Shown here: positions 1 to 8,870 of the stretch, in pieces
How positions within the stretch are numbered: the stretch's first letter is position 1
How the letters are laid out: every line of letters starts with the position of its first letter
Origin: Desulfomonilia bacterium
GTDB taxonomy: Bacteria > Desulfobacterota > Desulfomonilia > UBA1062
Assembly (NCBI GenBank): GCA_050014195.1
Contig: JBEKDT010000006.1
Span: 154,645 to 218,644 of the forward strand
Direction of reading: 5' to 3'
Length of the DNA stretch: 64,000 bases
Position numbers and translations under genes: made by a program
The notes under the pieces: model-generated
Database searches by the model: none
Told to the model about the DNA's origin: nothing
What the model saw: the letters and a program-made list of their open reading frames with translations, nothing else

Positions 1-2526
1 GCCCATGATTTGATCTGGGTCTTCGACCTCAACTTCGGCTACACCTATGTGAGCCCATCAGTCAAACATCTTAAGGGATATACTGTTGAAGAGGCTATGA
101 AACTTAAGCTTCATGAAGTCCTCACGCCTGATTCCTACACGAAGGCAATGGAGATATTAACAAAAGAACGTTTCCTCGAGGAGGCCGGGCAGCGGCATGG
201 TCCTGACTGGTCAAAGACCATCGAGCTTGAGATGTTCCGGAAGGATGGCTCGAAAGTTTGGACAGAGGTTACGCTGAACCTTCTTTACAATGAAAAAGGC
301 TGGATCAAAGGCATTATGGGGATTACCCGCGATATTTCCGAGCGCAAGCAGGTTGAGGAGGCACTCAGGGCTTCGGAGGCAAAGTATCACCGATTATATG
401 ACAGTATGACGGATGCCTTTGTCAGTACTGATATGGACGGTCAAGTAAAGGAATATAATGAAACGTACAGGAACATGCTCGGCTATAAACCGGAAGAAAT
501 CAGCGCGCTTACCTATTCCGACCTTACCCCTGAGAAATGGCATGCGCTTGAAGCCGACATTGTTGAAAAACAGGTTCTTCAAAGGGGGTATTCGGATATC
601 TATGAAAAGGAATACCGTAAGCAAGATGGTACGGTTTTCCCTGTGGAGTTGCGGATGTTCCTCCTCAAGGACGATGGCGGGAAACCCACCGGTATGTGGG
701 CAATCGTACGTGATATCACCGGGCGCAGACAGGCTGAGGAAGAACTGAAGGACCATCGTGACCATCTGGAAGATTTGGTCAAAGATCGCACACTTAAACT
801 CACGAAGGCAAATGAGAAGCTTAAGCTGGAAATAGAGGAGCGCAAACAAATAGAGAAAACGTTAAAGAAGAGTGATGAAAAATACCGCAGCTATTTCTCC
901 CTCACCGATGATGTTATGTTCTCCTATGATAGCCAGTTCCGGGTCTTAAGCGTCTCTCCGAACGTAGAGAGGGTCCTTGGGTACAAGCCCGAGGAACTGG
1001 TCGGGAAGTACTTTCAGGACCTAACAATGCTCCTGCATCCGGAAGACGTGGGGGATGCTTTTGATAATGCCCTGCATGTGCTCTCTGGTAAGACAATCTA
1101 TACCAACATTTACCGGTTTATCACCAAAGACGGGGAAGTGAAATTTGGGGAGGCAAACGGTGTTCCGATCATTCGCGATGGCCGTGTTGTTGCGATGATC
1201 ACCGTGGCCAGGGATATCACCAAGCGCATCGAGATGGAAAATTCACTGCAGGAAAGCGAGGAAAGATACCGTATCACCCTTCAGAGCATGCCGGATGCCG
1301 TGAGCATTATAAAAATCAAAGATATGCGATATCTCTATGTAAATGATACATTCTGCAAGATAACCGGATACTCCTTTGAAGAAACCATCGGGAAAACGCC
1401 CTTTGACCTGAATCTGTCTGTGAGTTCCGAAGATTTTGATTATTATATTAAGCTCATAAAAAACGACGAATTGGTTGACAGCCTGGAGTGCCAGTGCCGG
1501 ACAAAAGAAGGGAATATTTTAGATACCCTCGTATCCGCCAGGGCGGTACACTACAGCGGAGAAGACGGTATGGTCATGGTAATGACCGATATCACCGCTC
1601 TTATAGAGATCAAAGAAGAGAAGAAGAGGCTGGAGATTCAAACGCAGAAAATGGAGTCAATCGGAACACTGGCAAGCGGTATAGCCCATGATTTCAACGA
1701 CATTCTGACAACCATTATCGGCTACACCAAGATGTCGATGAAAGATATCATGGACCTGACGAGGGGGGATAAAGACTTAAACGTAGTACACGCTGACCTC
1801 AATGAAGTGCGTAAAGCGGCTATCCGGGCGAGAGACCTTGTAAATCAGATCCTTGCCTTCAGCCGGCATGCGGAGAAGGAATATGTCCCGGTAGTGCTCG
1901 ATTCTACCATACGTGAATCGCTTAAAATGTTGCGGCCGTCATTACCCGCAAACATCAAGATCCGTGAGATGCTTGCCCCTTCAGGACAGATCCTGGGAGA
2001 TCCGGCTCAGATTCACCAGGTTATGACTAACCTTTGTACCAATGCAGCCCATGCTATGGGTGAGACCGGGGGAGAATTGGAAGTGAGCCTTCAGAGAGTT
2101 TTTATCGACAGTGATGCCGCCCTTAATCTGGATGTACCGCCTGGACCTTATCTCAGGATGACGGTAAGGGATACCGGTCATGGAATGACCTCAAAGGTTA
2201 TAGCACGAATCTATGACCCCTATTTTACCACCAAATGGAAAGGACATGGTACAGGTCTGGGGTTGTCGATTGTTCATGGGATTGTGAAAAGCCATGGAGG
2301 TGCAATCAGCTGTAAGAGCGCTCCGGGACAAGGAACCGCTTTTGATATTTATCTACCCGAGCTCGGATTTAAAAGAGAGGTGGTGGAAGATCTCGTTGAG
2401 ATGGCCGACATGGCCGGAAACGAGAGAATCCTTAACCTTGATGAAGAGCTCCCTCGTGTTGAGTTGATGAGCAAGGAGAAAGCGGATCCCGGGACACACG
2501 TTAAAGACAGAAACAAGCGGTATTAA
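1..2526 (+). CDS. Multi-PAS sensor histidine kinase (5'-partial); C-terminal receiver domain appears decayed
   Basis: Frame open from base 1; four PAS/PAC repeats (RDISERK, RDITGRR, RDITKR); H-box GTLASGIAHDFND; NLCTNA, DTGHGM, GHGTGLGL ATPase motifs; ends GNERILNLDEE then stops. Confidence 0.92.
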   Translation, partial: AHDLIWVFDLNFGYTYVSPSVKHLKGYTVEEAMKLKLHEVLTPDSYTKAMEILTKERFLEEAGQRHGPDWSKTIELEMFRKDGSKVWTEVTLNLLYNEKGWIKGIMGITRDISERKQVEEALRASEAKYHRLYDSMTDAFVSTDMDGQVKEYNETYRNMLGYKPEEISALTYSDLTPEKWHALEADIVEKQVLQRGYSDIYEKEYRKQDGTVFPVELRMFLLKDDGGKPTGMWAIVRDITGRRQAEEELKDHRDHLEDLVKDRTLKLTKANEKLKLEIEERKQIEKTLKKSDEKYRSYFSLTDDVMFSYDSQFRVLSVSPNVERVLGYKPEELVGKYFQDLTMLLHPEDVGDAFDNALHVLSGKTIYTNIYRFITKDGEVKFGEANGVPIIRDGRVVAMITVARDITKRIEMENSLQESEERYRITLQSMPDAVSIIKIKDMRYLYVNDTFCKITGYSFEETIGKTPFDLNLSVSSEDFDYYIKLIKNDELVDSLECQCRTKEGNILDTLVSARAVHYSGEDGMVMVMTDITALIEIKEEKKRLEIQTQKMESIGTLASGIAHDFNDILTTIIGYTKMSMKDIMDLTRGDKDLNVVHADLNEVRKAAIRARDLVNQILAFSRHAEKEYVPVVLDSTIRESLKMLRPSLPANIKIREMLAPSGQILGDPAQIHQVMTNLCTNAAHAMGETGGELEVSLQRVFIDSDAALNLDVPPGPYLRMTVRDTGHGMTSKVIARIYDPYFTTKWKGHGTGLGLSIVHGIVKSHGGAISCKSAPGQGTAFDIYLPELGFKREVVEDLVEMADMAGNERILNLDEELPRVELMSKEKADPGTHVKDRNKRY

Positions 2527-2561
2527 GGTTCTCTTGATGGAAAAATATACCTATTTACTTA

Positions 2562-3125
2562 ATGAATTTATTATATTATTCCCATGTAACTGTGGATAGA
2601 AACAAGTTGGCCCTCATGGCACTCTGCGCTGCACTCACTGCAGCGGGTTCTTTTATCAAGATTCCACTCTGGCCTGTAGCAATCACTCTTCAGACCTTCT
2701 TTGTCATACTTTCGGGGATTATCCTTGGCCCTCGCGATGGGGCCTTTAGCCAGCTTGCCTATCTGATAGTGGGTTTGCTCGGGCTTCCGGTCTTTTCCGG
2801 CGGGGGAGGACTTGCGTATCTTATGCAGCCGTCATTCGGGTATCTTATCGGTTTTGTGATTGCACCTCTTGCAGTCGGGAGTCTGCTGAGAAATAAAACG
2901 CTTACCCATAAGTCGGTATTCATCGCCGCGCTTGCAGGAACACTCGTCATCTATAGCATCGGCATCCCCTATCTGGCTGTCTATATGCGTATGGTGTTGA
3001 AGAAACCTGACGCCATAAACTTCGCTATCAAGACCGGAGCCCTGGTATTTCTGCCCGGAGATCTCCTCAAATGTCTGATTCTGGCTATGATCGCGCCCAG
3101 ACTCAAGTTACAGAGGCATACATAG
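2562..3125 (+). CDS. bioY: BioY biotin ECF transporter S component
   Basis: PVAITLQTFFV, GLLGLPVFSGG, PSFGYLIGF, FLPGDLLK motifs; 187 aa hydrophobic. Confidence 0.9.
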   Translation: MNLLYYSHVTVDRNKLALMALCAALTAAGSFIKIPLWPVAITLQTFFVILSGIILGPRDGAFSQLAYLIVGLLGLPVFSGGGGLAYLMQPSFGYLIGFVIAPLAVGSLLRNKTLTHKSVFIAALAGTLVIYSIGIPYLAVYMRMVLKKPDAINFAIKTGALVFLPGDLLKCLILAMIAPRLKLQRHT

Positions 3126-3252
3126 GGTATGATGTGAGAGTGATCTTTTCAGGTTCTCGATCAATATCTAAGGGACACAACATTCTTATTCCGGATTCTT
3201 CTCTGAGAAGCATACTTATATGGTTAACATCTTTTCCTCAGCCCATTGTTAT

Positions 3253-3496
3253 CACCACGAAGGACACGAAGAGTGGTTCGCATCCTAATTCTTTTCTCAC
3301 CACGAAGGACACGAAGAGCACGAAGATGATCTAAAAAATGCAAACAAACACGCTTAGACCCTTTGAACTGGTCCGCAATTTCTATAAAATCCTTTTTTCG
3401 TGTCCTTCGTGCTCTTCGTGGTGAAGTACTCTTCTGTCTGCTAGAGCCCATGCTCCATTTTGGTTGCGGCTATGCTGCGCTAAGCTCTTCGTGGTG
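3253..3496. repeat. Intergenic CACCACGAAGGACACGAAG direct/inverted repeat cluster
   Basis: Direct copies 3253-3273 and 3298-3325; inverted copies 3397-3424 and 3484-3496; lies between convergent genes. Confidence 0.85.
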
Positions 3497-3607
3497 GAAT
3501 ATCCCTCTCTCGTGCTCCGCAATGATCCGAGTATGCTTTACTGTGATGAACCTTATTCCGGGTTGGGGGATACTGAATGCTAAACCCTGACATCGGTCTC
3601 ACAGCAG

Positions 3608-4486
3608 CTAGCTCTTTCCAAGGCGTTGGATCATGAGCCCGGTGATGATGAATACGAGCCCTGCAAAGGTGGATGGGAAGATCTCCTCACCCACGATGAA
3701 GTGGATGAACAAGAGCGACAGGAATGGGGAAAGGAAGATGAGGTTGCCCACTTTGGCAGTATTCTCGGAGAGCCTTAATGCCGTGAGCCAGAATACAAAA
3801 GTGATTCCCATCTCAAAGGTGCCGACATACGCTGCCCCCCAAAGCCCTCTGAAATCAGGAACGTTAAATCCTGTAGTCACAAGGGCTGTAATAAAGATGA
3901 AGGGGAGGCCAAAGAGAAAGGCAAGCAGCAGACTCGCTACCGGGTCCCGTTTGTCCTGGGTGTTGTAGATCCAGGAGAGTGACCACACAAGCGTACTGGA
4001 AAGGGCCAGTGCGACACCCAGGGTATTGAACGAACTGAAGCTTACGAGGGAGCCTTTACTCGATATCACCACAACACCACAGTAACAGATAACACCTGCA
4101 ACGATGTCTCTCATGCCGATTTTCTGTTTCAGAAGTGGTATAGATAGGAATGTCAGCGTAAGCGCCCAGGTGTAATTGAGCGGCTGGGCCACCTGTGCGG
4201 GCAGGAGGTCATAGGCCTTGAAGAGGATGAGGTAATAGAGAAAGGGATTAAGAAACCCAAGCTTCAGAGAGCTTAAATACTGACCACGTGAGTAAGACAG
4301 TATAATGCTCAGGTTTCCCTGAACCAGCAGGATAAGGCTTAAGGTCAAGATAGACACGACAGAGGCATAGAAGAGGAGTTGTATGGGCTTGAGGAACTGA
4401 AGAGAGATCTTAAAGGCAGAGGCTACGGTAGACCACAGCAGCACTGTCAACAGGCCATAGAGGTATGCCTTCTGCTGATTTTTCAT
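3608..4486 (-). CDS. DMT/EamA family transporter
   Basis: 292 aa, about 10 TM segments in two repeats; AQPLNYTWAL, LIFLSPFLS motifs. Confidence 0.88.
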   Translation of the reverse strand: MKNQQKAYLYGLLTVLLWSTVASAFKISLQFLKPIQLLFYASVVSILTLSLILLVQGNLSIILSYSRGQYLSSLKLGFLNPFLYYLILFKAYDLLPAQVAQPLNYTWALTLTFLSIPLLKQKIGMRDIVAGVICYCGVVVISSKGSLVSFSSFNTLGVALALSSTLVWSLSWIYNTQDKRDPVASLLLAFLFGLPFIFITALVTTGFNVPDFRGLWGAAYVGTFEMGITFVFWLTALRLSENTAKVGNLIFLSPFLSLLFIHFIVGEEIFPSTFAGLVFIITGLMIQRLGKS

Positions 4487-4552
4487 AAGACAAGGATTAG
4501 GTGTTAACTTATATGGAGAAAGTATTTACCCCAGGGCCGTACGCCAGGAACC

Positions 4553-4575
4553 TAGGTCTTTAAACTCAAGACCTA
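4553..4575 (-). terminator. Possible terminator hairpin after SYLF gene
   Basis: TAGGTCTT-7nt-AAGACCTA inverted repeat just past the stop codon. Confidence 0.35.
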
Positions 4576-4579
4576 AAAC

Positions 4580-5275
4580 TTATTGCCCCTTTCCTACAAG
4601 CTTGATGAAGCTTTCTCTGAACCTGAGCACATCGGGTGATGCCATTTCCACCTTACCCCAGAGGACATCATGGGCGCTCAACCCTCTTTTTCCGTAGAGG
4701 GTTGCGGTTGCAGTATCGTCCATGCGCATGGTGGCTCCCTGGAGCGCGAACCCAACATTCAAACCTGCCGAGCGGGAGAAAGAATATATCTCGGCCCTCA
4801 GATCGGCCTCGGTATTTTCATCCATGTGGAGAGCCATGGTCCCGGCTACGATGGACACGTCGGTTCCCAGGAGGATATCCTCTTTAGCCTTTGTTTCGAG
4901 GGCTCGGCTTCTCCTGAAGACCAACACAAGATCGGTGGATTGCATGCCCATCTGCAGGCCGAAGCTGCCGCCGTTGATGGTGATGAGAACAGGGTTGCTC
5001 CAATGCCCGTCTTTGTCTCTTACTATGAGTACGCCCTTGCCCAATCTCGCACCCACAAAAAAACTGGCCTTTATCATATTGGGTATAATGGCTATGCCTT
5101 CAGCCTTCTGGAGGAGTACCGGCGGTATGGCACTTTGGGGAGATGACATGATCTTTGAGAATGTCTGCAGCGAATCCTGCAGGCGAGCCGTCATAGTGGG
5201 ATCGGTGACGGCCGGGCTATATGAAGGAAAGAGAATGGCCAGCAGCACAAGCATCAGCAACCTTGATCGTTTCAT
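4580..5275 (-). CDS. Secreted lipid-binding SYLF (Ysc84-like) domain protein
   Basis: Signal peptide MKRSRLLML; GARLGKGV, WSNP, GGSFGLQMG..STDLVLVF, YSFSRSAGL. Confidence 0.85.
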   Translation of the reverse strand: MKRSRLLMLVLLAILFPSYSPAVTDPTMTARLQDSLQTFSKIMSSPQSAIPPVLLQKAEGIAIIPNMIKASFFVGARLGKGVLIVRDKDGHWSNPVLITINGGSFGLQMGMQSTDLVLVFRRSRALETKAKEDILLGTDVSIVAGTMALHMDENTEADLRAEIYSFSRSAGLNVGFALQGATMRMDDTATATLYGKRGLSAHDVLWGKVEMASPDVLRFRESFIKLVGKGQ

Positions 5276-5338
5276 GTGTTCTCTCTCCTTGCCATGCAGT
5301 CCGTCATGAACAGGCAAAGTCTACTAAAAAGATCATCA

Positions 5339-6397
5339 TCAGTCCATTCCATTAATATTTTCCTCGTGTGTCGGCACATCGGAATCCAGGAGGATGGCGA
5401 TCCAGCGGGTAGATGGGAAGCTCTCGCAGGTGATCTTGAGAATCATGGTCAGCGGCACGCACAGCAGCATTCCCACAGGCCCGAGCACCCACCCCCAGAA
5501 TATCAGGGAAAGGAAAACCACCAGAATCGAGAGCGATAACCCCCTGCCCATGAAGATAGGTTCAAGGATGTCACCCATTACCGTCTTGATGACAACATAT
5601 CCCAGGGTCACCAGGCTTGCCGATACCAGACCGGAATCCACCAAAGAGAGCAGGATAGGGGGTATGGCAGCTATGAAAGGGCCGATATTGGGGATGTAGT
5701 TCAAAAGAAATGCCACCACACCCCACAGAATAGGATATTTGACCCCGAGTATCATGAGCCAGAGCGTCACTACTATGCCGGTGGACAGGCTGATCCATGT
5801 CTTAAGAGCAAGGTATTTCTCAATGCTCCGCACGATTCTGTCAATGGTCTCCAGGCTCGTTCGCGATGTGCCGCAAGCCGCCAATTTTTTCGAGAAGCTC
5901 GACGCCTCGACCAGGATGAACACCACGGTGAAGAAGATCAGGAAAGCATAGGTGAGTGCACTTCCGAGGCCGCTGAGGAAGTTTGCGATGATATTCATGA
6001 TAGAGCCGGGATCGAAGTACCTCAGGATCATTCTCTCGGAGATATAGATATTGAAACCCCTAAGCCATTTAATAACCATTACCATGAGATCATGAATGCG
6101 TTTCTGATAGAAGGGTAATTGCTGGATAAAATCGCTGACTGAGGCCCCGATGTAAGCCCCCATACCGAAAATAGCCCCAAAGATAATGAGGATAATAATG
6201 GAGATCGCAAGAAATGCAGGTATGCCCTTTCTTCTCATCCAGGAGAACAACCCGCCGCACATTATTGCAATGAAGAAAGAGAGCAGGAAGGGCACTATGA
6301 TGGATGACGCCTCTCGCAAGCCTGCAATAACGATCACGATGCATGCAAGGATGATAACGATACTGCCTTCGCCGGTCTCTTTCAGATCCACACCCAT
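5339..6397 (-). CDS. AI-2E family (PerM/TqsA-like) transporter
   Basis: LLNYIPNIG, LEP.FMG..L.LS, FWGWVLGPVGMLLCVPLT. Confidence 0.9.
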   Translation of the reverse strand: MGVDLKETGEGSIVIILACIVIVIAGLREASSIIVPFLLSFFIAIMCGGLFSWMRRKGIPAFLAISIIILIIFGAIFGMGAYIGASVSDFIQQLPFYQKRIHDLMVMVIKWLRGFNIYISERMILRYFDPGSIMNIIANFLSGLGSALTYAFLIFFTVVFILVEASSFSKKLAACGTSRTSLETIDRIVRSIEKYLALKTWISLSTGIVVTLWLMILGVKYPILWGVVAFLLNYIPNIGPFIAAIPPILLSLVDSGLVSASLVTLGYVVIKTVMGDILEPIFMGRGLSLSILVVFLSLIFWGWVLGPVGMLLCVPLTMILKITCESFPSTRWIAILLDSDVPTHEENINGMD

Positions 6398-6615
6398 CTC
6401 TACACCTCTTTCATCACATCGGCCTGCATGATTCGGGAATTATGCAGCCTTGAAAGCGAGACTCTATGAAATACGCTATCCTTCAAGAATAAAAACAATC
6501 TCTCCGTGCTCCAGGCAGGCTGATTATCCCTGATGGGACAGGGCATGTCAAGGAATGGCACTTTAGGAGATGTGCAGGGAATAATATTGGGAAAATTTGT
6601 ATCCATATTATTGTA

Positions 6616-7386
6616 TTATGGTATTACCGGGTTTTGTAAAGAGCAGGGCAGACCGCATGAGCACTTGCCGCACACATCGCTGCGGCCTTCGAGATTAAGG
6701 TGTGACTCGTTTTCAAGAAGCCTCTCATAACATTTCCGCCTGTCGAAGGTATCCTTTTGCAGGGCGTCACAGGGACACCGCTCAAGGCATACGGCACATG
6801 AGCCATTCTGGAAATACAGGCAATGATTACCATTAATCCTTTTATCGGGTGTCAGTTCAAGATCGGTCACCAGGCTCCCGATCCTGCCGCAGCAGCCGTT
6901 TTCTGTAATCAGCAATCTATGAAGACCGAAGGTTCCTAACCCTGCAATATAGGCCGCATGGCGGTGAGACCAGGCGCTCATGAGACTTACGGGGTCGAAG
7001 TTGTGGGTGGGAGGTATGGTGCATGCCCGATATCCTTTTGATTCAAGTAAGGTGGTGAGCTCGGAATGAATGATCGCAATCAGCCCATTGGTCTGGCTAT
7101 AGGCATAAGCCCACTGCCTGCTTGGAGACTCGCCATGGACATTGCTCGAAACTATTGCCTCGGTATAGGGCAGAAAGTAGACAATCACGGACTTTGCCCC
7201 TTTGAGCAGATCCTTAGGCAGCAGGTGTCCGGGGTGTACAACCTGTTTCAGATGCTTAAAAAGAGGGTCTTCGGCGTTCGCAAAGCCGATGAGGGGGTCC
7301 TTCCATGCCGATTGAACGGGTCCGGATGGAATATACCCGGCAACGGTCTGCTTAAGTTGCTGCCCGATGAGATCCTTCATGTCCAT
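6616..7386 (-). CDS. Epoxyqueuosine-reductase-like (QueG-like) Fe-S protein
   Basis: WSHRHAAYIAGLGTFG, GRIGSLVTD, CAVCLERCP and CGKC...PC cluster motifs. Confidence 0.75.
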   Translation of the reverse strand: MDMKDLIGQQLKQTVAGYIPSGPVQSAWKDPLIGFANAEDPLFKHLKQVVHPGHLLPKDLLKGAKSVIVYFLPYTEAIVSSNVHGESPSRQWAYAYSQTNGLIAIIHSELTTLLESKGYRACTIPPTHNFDPVSLMSAWSHRHAAYIAGLGTFGLHRLLITENGCCGRIGSLVTDLELTPDKRINGNHCLYFQNGSCAVCLERCPCDALQKDTFDRRKCYERLLENESHLNLEGRSDVCGKCSCGLPCSLQNPVIP

Positions 7387-7430
7387 TGATCAAGAAATAT
7401 GCACTCCCCCAAGAATCGAATGCTTTAGGA

Positions 7431-8753
7431 TCAGGGCCGTATCTTCCTGCACTCTACATAATAACGCTTTTCCTCGGCATGACCCATGGAAAATGCCTTT
7501 CTGGGCAAGGCCCCTTCCATGATGATGGTTTTGAAGAGGTTGTGCTTGGAGAGCACGGGCAGGAGGAAGCCGAAAACCGAAGGCTTTCCTGCGAGGTCTT
7601 CAACCACCTTATCGCCGTGAATATAGTCAATCTCAGTGTCCGGATGTCCTTTGCAGAAGGTGTCGAGGAAGGACTGGAGGCTACCCACCTCAAGGTTCCA
7701 ACGGGGGTTTGATATCCGGATATACCCATGAGACTCCTGCGTTACGAACTCGATGGTATGGGTGTTCTTATCGTGCACGGGCTGCGGTTCGCCCTCGGTA
7801 ATGATGGATACCGCCGAGCCCTTGGGCTCGAAGAACTCGGTCATGGCCTTGAAGACGTCGTGGTCCTTCACGTTGAAGAGCACCCGATGGATGGGCTCGA
7901 AATCGAGGCCCTTGTCGTGGACATTGACCAACTCCACCAGCGCATAACGGGCAGGGTGGCGCATGATGGTGTCCTTGTCGCGTGAGAGTTCCTTGAGCTG
8001 CTCCCAGAAGAGTTTTGCCGAGGCAAGGGAATGGTTCCCGTCTCCCACGGCATAGAGGAGCACATCGGAGTCTCTGACTCCGTAACGATCGTTGAACCGT
8101 GCGGGGTCGGCAAGCCGCATGAGGCTTCCGGCGATTTCCCCGATCGCTTGCTCATCGTCCACATGGTAGCCCCTGATGTGACCTCCGTTCATCATGAGGT
8201 CGGAATCATAGAGCTTGTTAAACCTTTTACCGAACAGGGGCTCGATAACGGTCATTTCCGGGTCGTCGATGAGAATCATTATGTGCGGTAGCTCTATTGA
8301 GGCCTTGGCCCTGATTTTCACGCGCACGGGGAGCCGCTCGATGACGGTCCCTTCCGTAGCCCGAATCAGGCAAGTACTGCCCTCCCTGAAGTCGTAGCGT
8401 TCGAGGTCCAGGCATACAAGCAGACCCCGCCTTATGGTCCCCCGGGAGGTGACACGCTCAACCAGGACAAAGCCTTCTTTCTGAGGCTCGATGATCCCTT
8501 CTGCAAGGTAGTGCTCCATGGCATTGCTGATCTTTTCGAGCTGTTCGTCGTTGTTTGTAGAGTTCAGATATGCCTCTGGATAGATAAGACGGAGTGTGGA
8601 TGGCGAAGAACCCACGAATTCATCCACCTGCTTCCAGTAGTCGGGCTGGGAAGTAAATTGGTCGCAGGCAACGACCGACCAGCGCAGAAGGTCGGTTCCC
8701 TGTCTCGGCAGGAGAATCCGAGGGATATGCAAGGCTGCCTTTTCAAGGCTCAT
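7431..8753 (-). CDS. DUF1015 family protein
   Basis: WSVVACDQFTS, IRATEGTV.ERLP.R, YAVGDGNHSLA, PIHR, LPRKAFSMG; start placed at MSLEK. Confidence 0.85.
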   Translation of the reverse strand: MSLEKAALHIPRILLPRQGTDLLRWSVVACDQFTSQPDYWKQVDEFVGSSPSTLRLIYPEAYLNSTNNDEQLEKISNAMEHYLAEGIIEPQKEGFVLVERVTSRGTIRRGLLVCLDLERYDFREGSTCLIRATEGTVIERLPVRVKIRAKASIELPHIMILIDDPEMTVIEPLFGKRFNKLYDSDLMMNGGHIRGYHVDDEQAIGEIAGSLMRLADPARFNDRYGVRDSDVLLYAVGDGNHSLASAKLFWEQLKELSRDKDTIMRHPARYALVELVNVHDKGLDFEPIHRVLFNVKDHDVFKAMTEFFEPKGSAVSIITEGEPQPVHDKNTHTIEFVTQESHGYIRISNPRWNLEVGSLQSFLDTFCKGHPDTEIDYIHGDKVVEDLAGKPSVFGFLLPVLSKHNLFKTIIMEGALPRKAFSMGHAEEKRYYVECRKIRP

Positions 8754-8870
8754 AGAAAATTTCTCCTCTTGGTGAGTGGAATCGTGGTGATGTTGACGTA
8801 TCCAGATCTTCATACCAGATCCATCACCTTGCTTGTCAACAGCATTGAGCATGAAGGTTGCTTTTCATTA

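Noticed and set aside
3253-3496. Possible CRISPR array
   Set aside because: Copies are inverted and of uneven length and spacing; no cas genes.
3071-3590. Short ORFs with TTKDTK / LRVLRG repeats
   Set aside because: Translations of the CACGAAG DNA repeats, not convincing proteins.
6616-7386. Reductive dehalogenase
   Set aside because: Too short, no Tat signal, no RdhB anchor; fits generic QueG-like family.
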